NCBI RefSeq assembly: GCF_009834535.1
Contig: NC_045696.1
Location: 3,164,001-3,228,000, forward strand
Reading direction: 5' to 3'
DNA length: 64,000 nucleotides
Source of the DNA: Camelus ferus
Lineage: Eukaryota
Part shown: one piece after another, positions 50,310-62,985 of the stretch
How the letters are laid out: the number at the start of each line of letters is the position of its first letter
Numbering within the stretch: position 1 is the first letter of the stretch
The notes under the pieces: model-generated
Database searches by the model: none
Told to the model about the DNA's origin: nothing
The model's input: the letters and a program-made list of their open reading frames with translations, nothing else
Position numbers and translations under genes: made by a program

Positions 50310-52020
50310 CCAAAGCAATCTCGAGAAAGAACAAAGCTGGAAATATCACCCTTTCTGATTCCAAACTATATTATAAAGCTACAGTCATCAAAACAGTGTG
50401 GTACTGCCATATGAACAGACACACATCAATGGAACAGAATAGAGAGCCCAGAAATATACCCACGCACTTATATGGGCAATTAACCTGTGACAAATGAGGC
50501 AAGAACATGCAATGGGGAAAAGACAGTCTTTTCAGCTACAAGCAAAAGAATGAAACTGGACCACTTTCTTACACCATACACAAAAATAAACTCAGCATGG
50601 ATTAATATATAAATATAAGACCTGAAATTGCAAAACTCATAGAAGAAAACATAGGCAAGTACCTCTTTGACATATGTATTAGTATTTTTTTTTGGATTTG
50701 TCTCCTCAGGCAAGGGCAACAAAAGCAAAAATAAACAAATGGGACTACATCAAACTAAAACATGTTTTGCACAGTGAAGGAAATCATCAACAAAACAAAA
50801 GTCTGCCTACTGAATGGGAGAAGATATTTGCAAATAATATATCCAATAAGGGGTTAATATCCAAAATAGACAAAGAACTCCTACAACTTAATAGCAAAAA
50901 ACAAACAACCCAATCAAAAAAATGGACAGAAGACCTGAATAGATATCTTTCCAAAGAAGACACACAGATGGCCAACAGGCACCTGGAAGATGCTCAGCAT
51001 CACTAGTCACCAGGAAAATGCAAATCAAAACCACAATGAGATATCACTTCACACCGGTCAGAATAGCTATTATCAAAAAGACAACAAATAACAAGTTTTG
51101 GCAAGGGTGTGGAGAAAAGGGAACACTTGTGCCCTGTTGGTGGGGCTGTAAATTGGTGCAGCCACTATGGAAAACAGTATGGAGGGTCCTCAAAAAATTA
51201 AAAATAGAACTATCGTATGATCCAGCATTCCACCCTAGGTGTCTACCCAAAGAAAACAAAAACCCTAATTCAAAAATATATATATCTCCTATGTTTATTG
51301 CAGTACTGTTTACAATAGCCAAGATAAGGAAATAACCTACGTGTCCATCAGCAGATGAATGGATAAAGAAAATGTGGTATATATACACAATGGAATATTA
51401 TTCAGCCATAAAAAAGAATGGGATCTTGCCATTTGTAACAACATGGCTGGACCTTGAGGATATAATGGTAGGTGAATAAATCAGACAAGGCAAATTAAAA
51501 AATGAAAGAAATATTTCACTTATATGTAGAATCTAAAAAACAACAAATGAACAAACATAACAAAACAAACAGTCTCACAGATTCAGAGAATACACAGACG
51601 GTCACCAGCAGGGAGTGGTTAACGGCTGAGTGAAGTGGGTGAAGGGGACTGAGAGGTACAAACTTCCAGTTATAAAATAAATAAGCCCTGGGGATGTAAT
51701 ACACAGCACATCGTCAGTAACATGGCAATAAGTTTGTATGGGGACCGAGGATAATGAGACTTACCACGAGATCGTTGTGGATTGTCTTTAAACATCAGAC
51801 CACTATGTTGTGTGCCTGAAACTAACATCACATTACATCAGCTAGACTTCAATAAACCATGTTCTACAGGACGAAAGAAAGAAACTATCAAGCTCTACAG
51901 ATTTCCATTTATAATGGTACCATGGCACAGAATCTTTTGTTAGTTTAAAGAAACCCATATACCTTCATTTAAAATTACCCTGCTCGAAATAAAATAATAC
52001 TCCAATTAAAAAAAGAAGGA
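50310..52020 (+). mobile_element. 5'-truncated L1 (ORF2 3' part and 3' UTR) with TSD and probable 3' transduction
   Basis: ORFs 50692-51006 and 51018-51335 are L1 ORF2 ([28 protein letters not shown]). TSD core gtggtagctca ends at 50309 and at 52036. Confidence 0.92.
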
Positions 52021-52883
52021 AAGTGGTGGTAGCTCAGGGATTGAAGATAGAGCCTGTGAAAAGAGAAAAGATTTCACACGTGATGATCTTAGTTGTGAGA
52101 ACTTGGCTTTGGGGTCAGCAGCCTTTTGTGGTTTCCTTCTGTTTTAACTGCTCCTGAATTTTGTTGGGAAATATTTGTCATCTTACATGTTTCAAAAGGT
52201 CTTGGGTGATGCTAATGTCAGCCAGTGACTCAGCCTGTACCAGGAAGGAGCCTGGCACCATTCTCAGCCTGTTTCACATACTTGCCTGTTGCATCATCAC
52301 AGCGACCCTATGACATAGGGATTATCACTAGTCCCATTCCACAGATGGGAAAATTGAGGTGTAGAAGTGAAGAGGATTTCCCAAGACCACCCATCAGTCC
52401 AGTGGGGCACCGCATACCAGCAGGAGCGAAAGCAAGTAACTAACTGTAAAGCTACAGTCTTCAGCATTTGAGTCTAAAGAGACTTTGGGCCACCAGTTGG
52501 AACCCATTGAGACATAATGTGATGATCAACTTCTCTGTCCTCTAGATACGTTTGGTCCCAGTGGAGACGTTTGCTGGCTTGAAGTTCGTAGGTAAAGCTG
52601 TTTGCCATCTTGTTGATTTTCTCCCATGGATATAGCTTCATACCTACCCTACCAGACAGCCAGGCGGGAGCAGGAGCCAAGAGAGAAGGCTGTGGCTGGA
52701 GCACACCTAACCTGCAGCCCAGCAACAGCCAGAGAAACATGCCATAGATGAGGTGGGCTGTCTCCCCCTAGTGGCTTGGGCCTGAAGAAGCAACTGTGGG
52801 GCATCTGTGTCCCAAGTAAGTAAATGAAGGAGGCCCCCATCTGTGCCCAGAAGTCCAGGACAGTGCCTGGAAATGCCGCCTCT

Positions 52884-52885
52884 CT

Positions 52886-52919
<34 letters not shown>
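52884..52919. repeat. (TCTG)n microsatellite
   Basis: Visible repeat. Confidence 0.9.
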
Positions 52920-54255
52920 TTCTGATATTTTAGTATTTGATATAGCTGTGTTTAAGCATTTTTATAAGAATTATAGAAGACCTAACAATGTTACAGAAAG
53001 TTTGGAAACAGAGTGTTAAAAATTGGCCAAAAACGTGAATACTGTACTTGGCCACCAAAGCTGTCACTACCTCCCTCTTCTAATAGCAGGGTTTCTGGCT
53101 GGGAGGTGAGGCCCCAGCTGAAGTCCATCTTCTCCACTCCTCACCTGGAGAGACGGCCCAGGGACTGTGCAGGAAGACCCCAGGAAGGTCTGGCTGTCGC
53201 CCTGGCCCGGGAGCCGCTGTGGGTGGAAGGTGTTCCAGACGTGGGTGAAGCTGTACTGGTCTTCACATCCGAAGGCCCCTCTGTGAGCATTCTCCAAGCA
53301 GCAGCGGTGGGGTTGGGATGCGTGCGTGAGCACCCAGCCCTGATCTAGCGGCAGACCCACACCTGATGGCCCGTGTGTGGCCAGGCCGCCAAGAGGGCGG
53401 CTCTCTTGCTCTCGGTCCATCCCCTGCTGGAGCAGTGCCTGTGTCCCCGGCACCTACTCACCTGCCTGACCCGCCTTCATCCTTGCCCCCGCCCCAGCTA
53501 GGGATTGTTCCTATCACGGGGTGGCTCCTCTGCTGGTTTCCCTGGTAACCGATGAGCCAGCCTGACTGTCAACTCCCCTGTAACTGCTAACCTCTCCGCC
53601 GCCCCCACCAAAAGCCAAGATTGCTGCCAGGACCTGCCCACCGCCCTCCACCGCACTCCATGGGGTGTCGCTTCTTCCGACGTGTAAGCTCCCCCATCTG
53701 TCAAACCACTGAGGTCTCCGTTGTTGACTCCAGGCTCTTTTTTCGGGCTGGAAGCTGGGTGAATACAGGCCCTGAAGGCCAGCGGGGTGCAGCCCCACAC
53801 CCGGCCTCCAGCGGCTGGAAGGCAAAGGGACGTGCCTGTGGTGACGGAGAAGAATCAGGTTTCTGCTGCAGAAGAGTAAACAGTATTGGCTTCCAATCAA
53901 TTAATTTAGACACATTTACTCTTTGGCTAGTTTTCCCCAAAGGCTGAAAAGGCAAGCCCCCTGGGTTGCTGCGTCTTGTGACTGGGGACACCACATCCTC
54001 TGTGACTGGGGACAGCACCGCATGGAGAACCATGGCCTGTCCTCCTGCTTCTGAGCATCTTCTGGAGACGTGCTGCCTTCCAGTTCATGGGCCTCCCCTG
54101 GATTCCTAAATGGTCTAAATTTTCCCCGAAACTCATGAATCTGTAGAGAGAGGTCCTTGCTTGGGCTCCCATAGCACTTGGGTGTGTGTGTGTGTGTACA
54201 TGTATGTGCACACATATGTGTACATGTATATGCATGCTAGTTTGTGTGTGTGTGT

Positions 54256-54696
54256 CGTTGACTGAAAAAAATGCACAACCTAAAATTGAGAATTACGTTT
54301 TATTCAGCAGATATTCTGAGGACTTAAGCCTGGGAGACAGGCTCGTGGACAGCTCTGAGGGACTGCTCTGAAGAGATAAGGAGGGAGCCAGGATATATAG
54401 GGGCTTTTGCAACAAAAACCAGGGAGTCAGAACATCAAAAGGTTACTATTAATTAAAAAAAAAACCAGATATCTCAAATTAATGAATTTAGCACTTTTCT
54501 GTTTACAGGAAGCTGCCAAGGTCTGGGCCACTGAAATCACTCCTCTGACGTGCACCTGGCTGTCCAGGCCAGTGTCCTGTTCTCTCCCACCCTGAGTCCC
54601 CGCAGGGGGCACTCTAGGGGGTGGCAGTACTGTGATGGCTTGATGGTTACAACATCCTTCGTTTACTGATGTGGCAGGTGACATTTTAAATTCACA
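54256..54696 (-). mobile_element. ERV1-type solo LTR, family A copy 3, at the end of a (TG)n tract (54182-54255)
   Basis: Similar to 13908 copy; perfect TSD gtgt/gtgt. Confidence 0.87.
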
Positions 54697-55743
54697 GTGT
54701 GCAGACAGATATGGTAACACAGTTTTATGGCAAAGAACTCTTTGTTTCTGAGCTGTCTGTCACCTAGATGGAGGGCTCTCCAGGGACATGCTGTGTTCTG
54801 TTAACCTGCATGTCCCAGCCCCCAGCCCGGCACCCGGGACCCAGAGCTGCTCACAGAGTGACTGAATGATGACTCTCTGTGGACTTCACCCAAATGCCAT
54901 TGTTTCATCCACCAGCACGTATTTAGTATGGAAATGGGGGAATTCAACCTAATGATAACATTTATAATTTAAAACTATGACATTTGTTTAAAAAAAAAAA
55001 CCCTCCATATTTCTCCCCTCTAAAAGTACAAAAACAGCCACCCAGTGTGTGAATACTGAACTGCTACTTTCTATGCTGTATTCTGGTCTGCCAGAGAGTG
55101 ATCAAAATTATGTAAAAAAATTAGGACTCCAAGTCTAGTTCATAGAAAAATGGTCAACATGGTATCACTTAGGGGTGAGAAATGACAGAAGAGGATTTTT
55201 TTTTCTTTTTTTTGAAGAATGAGAAGAAAACAACAATGGTGTTTTCTAGAAGCCCTCCACTAAAAATTGATAGCGTATTTTCAGAGTTCGGGGAATGAAC
55301 CCTTAAGACACATTTTTTTCGATCAGGGTCCTTTTACTTTTCCCCTCTTTCTTTCCTTTTCTTCGTAGGTGCAAACTAGAAGCTTCTTGTTTCCTTAGTG
55401 AGGGCAGTGCTGAGGTGGGGGTGGGTTGCAGGAGGAGCTGGGGCTCGCTGTCTGCTGCGGACAGGCGCCTGGGCCTCTGGGCGACCCCTCTTCCCTGGTT
55501 TACTCTCTCCTAAGTCCCCAGGGGCTGCACCAGCAGGAGGGGCCAAGCTGGTATTTATAATTTGTATGTTACTGGTTCCCAGCACAATATTAAAACTTAG
55601 TGGTCATGTCCTGCAGGCACCAGAGGAAAAGACAAGGAAAGGGAAGGGATGGGAGCCGGGTTCGTGGGTCCCTACGGCTCCTGGTTTAGCACACCAGCCC
55701 TCAGACAGCCCCCTTCCAAGGACACCAGGGAACTTCCCAAGTC

Positions 55744-55762
55744 TGGCCACCAGGTGGGGCTC
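55744..55762 (+). promoter_or_regulatory. Candidate CTCF site
   Basis: TGGCCACCAGGTGGGGCTC versus consensus TGGCCACCAGGGGGCGCTA; motif match only. Confidence 0.35.
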
Positions 55763-56459
55763 TGGGGAGGCCGGCCACTCCCTCCCACTCCTCCTGGCCT
55801 CTGGAAAATTCCAGGTTACTTCCCAGGGCAGCTGCCTCCTGGGCCTGTGACCTTGAGACCAGTCTCACCTTCCTCCTGTCTGAGGAGAGGGCTGCCTGCT
55901 GCCCGGCCGGAGCCAAAGCCACTCTGCCACCATCCCTGGGGCTGCCCGCTGGACAGGCCGCAGGAAGCGGGCAGACGCCCTAAGGCAAGATTCCAGAGCC
56001 TGCACTGTCAGCCCCAGCAGGAGTCAGGCCTCAGCTGTGCGATTGTGGGGTCACCCCTGCAGCCCCGGGGCTGCCCTGAGCCTGAGGCAAGAGCTCCTCA
56101 GTGGGCCCTTGTGAGGGAGGGGCGGGCGCTGTTGTCTTCTAGGGGTGCTCAGGTCCGGGGAGGGGCGGCAGGGCTGGGGTGACCGGTGAACCACTTCCGG
56201 GCACGTTCCCCTGGCCAGCCACACCGAGGGCTGGTGAGAAAAAGAGCCATAGAAATGATTTTTTAAAGTGATGTTTGGTTCACGTAGTCACAAGACCTAT
56301 GATTTCAGAAACATTCTTGTTAGACGAATATTTTTTTCATTGAAATTTGTGTTGAGGTCATTGCGATGTTAGGCAGTCACAAGGAAGGATGCAGAGAGAC
56401 GTCTCTCGTGAACTTTGCCCGGTTTTCCCTAATCATGACATTTGACAAAACTGTGGTAC

Positions 56460-57007
56460 TGACACAGGAAAATGTGGGGCGAGAGAAGGGCCGTGTCCCA
56501 GGTCTCGGCTGAGCCTCTGGGTCGTGCCCCGCCACGTGTGAGTCCTTGGCTTCGTGCAGGAGGGAATTCAAGGGCGAGCCACTGTTGATGAAGGTTGGTT
56601 TGCTCAGAGAGATGCACGCGCCGTGGGCAGAGCGCGGTCTGTCTCACCCAGAAGGGAGCGCGGCCGCCAGGTGTGGGGCGGCTAGTTCCTACGGGCTCAG
56701 TAACTCGCTATGATGACACGTGGGAGGATTATTCCAACTGTTAGGGGGCTGGGGGTCCCAGGAATTGGGCCAGCGCCCACTTTTTGACCTTTCGTGGGCC
56801 GCCTCAACCCCGCTGTGGCACCTGTGGGAGGGGCGTTTAGCGGCTAATGTATTTCAATGAGCATGTGACGCAGCTCAGGGCTGCTAGGAGTCAAATCCCC
56901 CCCACGTGGGCCTCAAGGTGTGCTGGGAGCTGAATCTTCTGCTGTCTTGGTATTAATTGCTGTGTCATTCTTTCAATGATTGTGCCTGCCCCTTCCTTCC
57001 CGTCTCA
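56460..57007 (-). mobile_element. MER41-like ERV1 solo LTR, copy 1
   Basis: tccttggcttcgtgcaggagggaattcaagggcgagcc resembles the recalled MER41 3' end (reverse); TG...CA; TSD gtac/gtgc; paralogous to 60202. Confidence 0.7.
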
Positions 57008-57099
57008 GTGCAACGGCACACACAGGACGTGGGCAGTGATAAGTCCTACTGATCTTATCTGGATTTCTCCAGCGTTGTAATTGTGTGTGTGTGTGTGTG

Positions 57100-58052
57100 T
57101 GTGGATGAAAATTGTCACCTGCCACATCCATAAACAAGGGATGTTGTGGCCGTCAAGCCATCAGCCACTGCAGCCACCCTGACTGTGCACCCAGAGGGGA
57201 CTCAGGACGAAGAACAGCAGGACACTGGCCCTAGAGAGTTAAGGTGCAGGTCACCAGGACATGGAAGCAACCTAAATGTCCGTCAGCAGAGGACTGGATA
57301 AAGAAGTTGTGGTGTATATACACAATGGGATACTACTCAGCCATAAAAAAGAATGAGACAACGCCACTGGCAACAACATGGATGGACCTGGAGATCATCA
57401 TCCTACTGTGAAGTTAAGCCAGAAAGAGAAAGAAAAATCCCGTATGGTATCACTCATATATGGAATCTGAAAAAAAAAGGTACAAATGAACTTATTTATG
57501 AAATAGAGACTCAGAGAAAGCAAACTCATGGCTGCCACGAGGGAAGAGGAGGGAGGGATATATTGGGAGTTTGGGATTTGCAGATACTGTTCTGTATAAA
57601 CAACAAGGACCTACTGTGTAGCACAGGGAACTGTATTCAATATTTTGTAATAACGTATAATGAAAAAAATATGAAAAAGAATATATATATGCATGTGTAT
57701 AACTGAATCACTAAATTGTACACCAAAGACTAACACATTGTATATAGACTACTCTTAAATTAAAAAAAAAGTGCACATCACAGGAGTGATTTCAGTGGCC
57801 CAGACTCTTGCATCTTCCTATACATAGAAAAGTGCTAAATTCATTTACTTGAGAATGTCCGGTCTTTCTTTGATTAACCTGTTTTTTGTTGCAAAAGTCC
57901 TATATACCCTGGCTCCTCTCTTACCTTTTTAGAGCAGCCCCTTAGAGAGATCTGAGAGTCTGTCTTAAGTCCTGAGGCTTAAGTCCTCAGTTTTGTCTGG
58001 CAAAGAAAACATAATTCTCAACTTTGAGGCTGTGCATTTTTTTCAGTCCGCA
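57100..58052 (+). mobile_element. ERV1-type solo LTR, family A copy 4, inside a (TG)n tract and split by an L1 3' fragment (about 57254-57770)
   Basis: Both halves match the 27319 copy; the insert has atggaagcaacctaaatgtcc and an A tail. Confidence 0.87.
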
Positions 58053-58922
58053 TATGTGTGTGTATGTGTTTGTGAATGTGTGTGGTGTGTGTTGTGTGTG
58101 TTGTGTGTTTGTGGGGTGTGTCTGTAGCGTGTGTCTGTGTGTGTTGTGGGGTCCACAGACATCTGGCAGGTTCCTGCCCTCAATCCCCTTAGGCGAATTT
58201 AAAGACAACAAGAAGGTTCCTTTCCTCACACCCCCCTGCCTTGGCTGAGATGATGGTCTAGTCAATGCCGGGAAGCCTGACCAGCAGGACCGGTCACAGC
58301 CCCTCCCACAGTCCTGCAGCCCTGCTCTCCCACGGCCCCTCCCTGCCCTGTTACCCCAACACAAACCAGTCAGAGACTCGCGCACAAGCCCATCATGCCC
58401 CGGGTGACCCCGCGGCACCTGATGTGACCCTCCTGCAGAGAAGACCTCCGCCAGCGGCCCCCAGGGCTCGCACAGTCCCCTCGCCTGTGTGGCCCGCTGT
58501 TGTCTGTGGCAGCACCCCCAATAGACTCCTTCTCTATTTTCACCCTTTGTCTTTGGTAAGTTCTTTTACCTCCCACACACCGGCCCACTGAGCCCCAAGA
58601 CATTTCCCCATGACGTGTGTGTAATTAGCTCTGTTCACTCCGAACCCTACGTGGGCCCGTGTATCCACCACCACAATGAAGACACCGAACAGGTCCATCA
58701 CTGCAAGGACCCCTCCTACTGTCCTTTTAAAGCCACACCCACACCGAATTCCCTCTCGAATCCACCACCCTCCCCCTCCACCCCTTCCCCGGCTCTAATC
58801 CCTGGCTAATTTGTTCTCCATTTCTAAAATACCGCCATGTCCAAAATGTCACGTAATGGAAGCATACAGTTTTCCTTTTTCTCAGATAAATGTCCGGAAG
58901 TGCACTTGCTGGGTGACACCAC

Positions 58923-59460
58923 TGTCAACTGAAAAACAATAAAAATAAAAAGCACAACCTGGAAGTTGGGAATTATGTTTTATGTGGCAGATTTTCTGTG
59001 GACTTCAAGCCGGGGAGACAGCCTCTCAGATCGCTCCGAGGGACTGCTCTGAAGAGGTAGGGCAGGAGCCAGGATGTACAGGAATTTTTGCAATGGAGAC
59101 CGTGTAGTTGGAACACCAAAAGGTCACTGTTAATTCAAAAGCCCCAGACATCTCAAGTGAAGGAATTTAGCGCTTTTCTGTGTGTGAGAAGGTGCAAAGC
59201 TCTGGGCTCGTTGACATCATGCTTGGATGTGCACCTGAGATCTCCTCATGCTTGGATTTGCACCCGTGTGCCCTGGATCCCGTTCTGAGTCCCCTCAGCG
59301 GGCACCCTTGGGGGTGGCAGCAGTGGCTGAGGGCTTGGCAGCAGGCAACGCATTTGCCGCCATCCCGAGTTCCCTCTGCTCAGCACCAGGGGCGGCCGCA
59401 ATGTCCGAGGGCTGCCACACCCTGTGTTTGCTGATGTGGCTGCAACGGTTTCCATCCACA
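58923..59460 (-). mobile_element. ERV1-type solo LTR, family A copy 5
   Basis: TG...CA; perfect TSD ccac/ccac; internal 29-bp duplication at about 59217-59266. Confidence 0.87.
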
Positions 59461-60201
59461 CCACAGTTGCATAATTAGCTTTTTAGGAAACTACCGCCTT
59501 CTTTCCAAAGCCGCTCCACCAGTTTACAAGCCCAGAAACGTTTGCAAGCTCCAGTCTCCCGAACGCTCGTCGGAATCCGGTGTTGTCACCGGTGTTTACT
59601 TCAGCCGTTCTGACAGGTGTACGAGGTGTTTCACGGCGGTGTTAACCCGCATGTCCCTGGTGGCTAGTAGTGTTGAGCACCTTTTCATGGGCTCATCTGC
59701 CACCTGTGTGTCCTCTTGGTGGAATATCTCTCCCTGTGTCGCCCCATTTTCTGATTGGGTTGTTTTCTACTGCTGAGTCTGGGAGGTCATCATACATCCT
59801 TGATGCACGTCCTTCGCTGGGCGTGCAGTTTGCAAACATTTCCTCCCGGTATGCAGCTTGTCTTTTCACTCTCTTCCCACAGGCATTGACAGAACAAAAG
59901 TTTTACTTTTTTTTTTGGATGGGGGTTGGGGGTCTACTTACCAATTTTTCCCCGTATGTGTTGTGCTCAAGGTGCCAAGTTGAAGAACTTCTTACTGGTT
60001 CTGTTCCCAAAGATTACCGTGTGTTTTTTTGGTGTGTAGAGTTCTAGATTTGTGTTTTATGTTCAATTCTGTGCTGTTCTTTGAGTGACTTTTTTGTGTA
60101 AGATGCGAGGTTAGGACTGTAGCTCACTTTTTCTTTCTGGATGTCCACTTGCTCCAGCATCGTCTGTTGAAAAGGTTGTCTTTTCTCCATCGAATTGTTT
60201 T

Positions 60202-60775
60202 GGATGCAGGAAAATGGAGTGTGAGAAGCTGGCCACTTCCCAGGTCCCAGGTGAGCCCCTGGGATGCGCCCCATCAAGTGAGGGTCCTCGGCTTCCTGCA
60301 GAAAAGATTTCAAGAGCGAGTTATAGTAGAGGGCAGGCAGATTTACTCAGAGACGCACACTCCACTGACGGCGTGGGCTTTCTTCGAAGGTGAGAGGGAG
60401 TGGCAGGCAGCAGGTGAGAGGCAGCCCTGGGGCGTGGGGGCGGTTGGTGTTTACGGACTGGGTAACTTCGCATGCTAGCAAGTGGGAAGATAATCCTCAT
60501 TACTTTGGGGGAGGGGCGGGGATTCCCAGGAATTGGGCCGCCACCCAGTTTTTGACCTTACGGGCAGCCTCGGAACTGTCCTGGTGCCTGTGGGAGTGTC
60601 ACTGAGCTGCTGATGTGTGACAGTGAGCCTATAATGAAGCTCAACGTCACTGCCAGTCAAAGCTCCCGCCATCTTGAGCCTCAGAGTCTACTGGGTGGAA
60701 CCTTCCACCAGCTTGAGGCTAATCACTGTGCCATTCCCCGAAGGGCTGTGCCCTGCCCCCGCCCCTCCCGTCTCA
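60202..60775 (-). mobile_element. MER41-like ERV1 solo LTR, copy 2
   Basis: Similar to 56460 copy (gcaggaaaatg..., cccaggaattgggcc, ccctgcccc...cccgtctca). Confidence 0.7.
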
Positions 60776-62521
60776 AGCACGCCTTCTGCAAACAGTTTTA
60801 TTCCTTCCCTTCTCATGTGTGTTCTTTTCATTTCTTTTTCCTCCCTCTTGTCAGCGACTAGACCCTCTAGGACTGTGTCAGCGGTGAGAGCAGGTAGCCT
60901 GGCCGTACTCCCCGTCTGGGGGGAAGGGTTGAGTCTTTTTCAAGTTTGACACCAGCTCTAGGGATTTTGCAGACGCTCTTCTTAGGCCGAGGAAATACCC
61001 CTCATTTCTAAACTGCTGAAAGGTCTTGTCACGGATGGATGCTGGCTTTTGTCAAATATTCTTCCACGTCTGTTGACACGACCTGCGCTTTTTCTCCTTT
61101 AGCTTGTTGCCACTAATTGTTTCCTAACATGAGCCAGCCTTGCAGAGCGAGAGCACACCCTCCTTGGCCGTGGTCTGTAATTCTTTTTTATGCGCTGTTG
61201 AATTGGGCTTGCTAATACTTGGTTGGGGAATTCTGCGTCCAAGTTCATGAGAACTATTGGTTTGTAGTTTCCTGTTTTCGTGCGCTGTCTTTGTCTGGTT
61301 GTGTTCTCAGGGTGATACTGGCCTCATAAAATGAGTTGGGAAATGTTCATCCCTTTCCTCTTTTCTGGAAAAGATGTGAAAAATTGTTAATTTTTCCTTA
61401 AAAACTGGTGGAAATTTCTTTTTTCAGAGACTTTAACTTGTGAATTAAGATTTTTTTGATGTCTATAGGGTTATTGAGGTTGTCTATTCCATCTTAGTTG
61501 AGTTTCGGCAGTTTGTGGTTTTCGAGGAATTAGTCCATTTCTTCCTGGTTGTCAAATTGATGTGCATGAATTTTTGTGGCATTCCCTTACGGCCCTTCAG
61601 GTGTCCGCAGTGTTACCTCATCTCACTTCTGATGTTATCTGTGCCTTCTTGCTTTTAATTTTCCTCGGTTTTGCTGGAGGTTTGTCAGTTTTACTCATTT
61701 TTCCAAAGAACTAGCTTTTTGTTTCATTGATTTTTTCCGTTGTTTCCTGTTTTCAGCCTCACCGATTTCCGCGTGTGTCTTTACTGTTTCCTTCCTTCTC
61801 GTTGTTTTGGGTGTCGTTGGATTTTATGTTTCTAATTTTTTGAGGTCAAAGTGTAATTTTTGATTTGAGAACGTCTCATTTCTAATGTAAGTTAATGCAA
61901 AAAAGTCCCCTCTCAGCGCTGCTTCATCTGAGCCCCACAAATCTGGGTATGGTGTGTGTCCATTTTCATTCAGTTCTATGTACCTTTAAATTTCTTTCGA
62001 AGCTTCTTTTTGACCTATGAATTATTTAGGCATGTGTTATTTGATTTCTACACATTTAGAGCTTTTCCTGCTGTTTCCGACCTATTTCTTACTTGATTTC
62101 ATTGTGGTCAAGGAAGACATTCTGTCCCCAGAGTGAGCCACCGCTGTCCCCCACCCCCCGCCTCCCAGCTTCTGCCGAGTTCCTGCGTCTGCTCCGGGTG
62201 CTGGCGTGTGTGGGTTCTGTGTGGCCCCTTAAGAGTGAAGTCTCTGTTTCCCCCGGTCCTGTGGGGCTCCTGCAATTAAGCCCCGTTGGCCTTCAAAACC
62301 CAGTGCTCTGGGGACTTGGCTTCCTGGTGCTGGAACCCAGGGCTGGGGAGCCCATCATGGGGCTCAGAACTCTCGCTCCTGTTGGGGGGGCTTCTGCACT
62401 GTGACTGTTCCCTGGTTTGGGGGTCGCTCACCGGGGAAGGAGGGCCTGGGATCTGATTATATTGCGAGTGGCCCCTCCTACCCGTCTTGCTGTGGCTCCT
62501 TCTTTGCATCTTTAGTCGTAG

Positions 62522-62985
62522 TGTGAAGGGAAAGCCGGGCTGGGCTAACAGGATAACTCACAAGTCTAGGAATGTGAAGGAGAGGCTGGGCCAGGCTAAC
62601 AAGATAACTCACAAATCTCAGTATTGGAACACTGAGCCGAGTTCTGCTGGACTAACTTGTAAATCTAGGTTAATTAGTGTTGCTTTGCTGTTCATGTTTT
62701 TTGCTAGCCAGCTGGGTTTTCAAAGATACATATCTGGCTTTGGAATGTTGGTTTGCTGCCTCCCGCCTCCACTTTTGTGATGATGATGCTGCTAAAGCTG
62801 CTTCCATGCCTATTGGCCGAATACCCCAAGCTTGTGTTTTACCCTGTAAAACCTCATGCGGACGTCTTGGAGGTGCTCAGAGCTTCGGAGCAGAAGCCCC
62901 TCTGAGCCCGCCGGCGTAATACATCTGAGTACTCCAACCCTCCGAGTGGTGCTTGTTTCTTGGCTGGCCTGTCATTTCTGTAGCA
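62522..62985 (+). mobile_element. ERV solo LTR with perfect 4-bp TSD
   Basis: TG...CA; TSD gtag/gtag; ~50-bp tandem duplication at the 5' end; degenerate polyA (aataca). Confidence 0.82.

Noticed and set aside
53520..53690. tgctggtttccctggt resembling trefoil CGFPG coding sequence
   Set aside because: No Cys spacing or colinear similarity on either side; too short to be above chance.
54021..54056. ATGGAGAAC resembling the TFF1 start (MENK...)
   Set aside because: Reads MENHGLSSCF* with no signal peptide, TATA box or donor.
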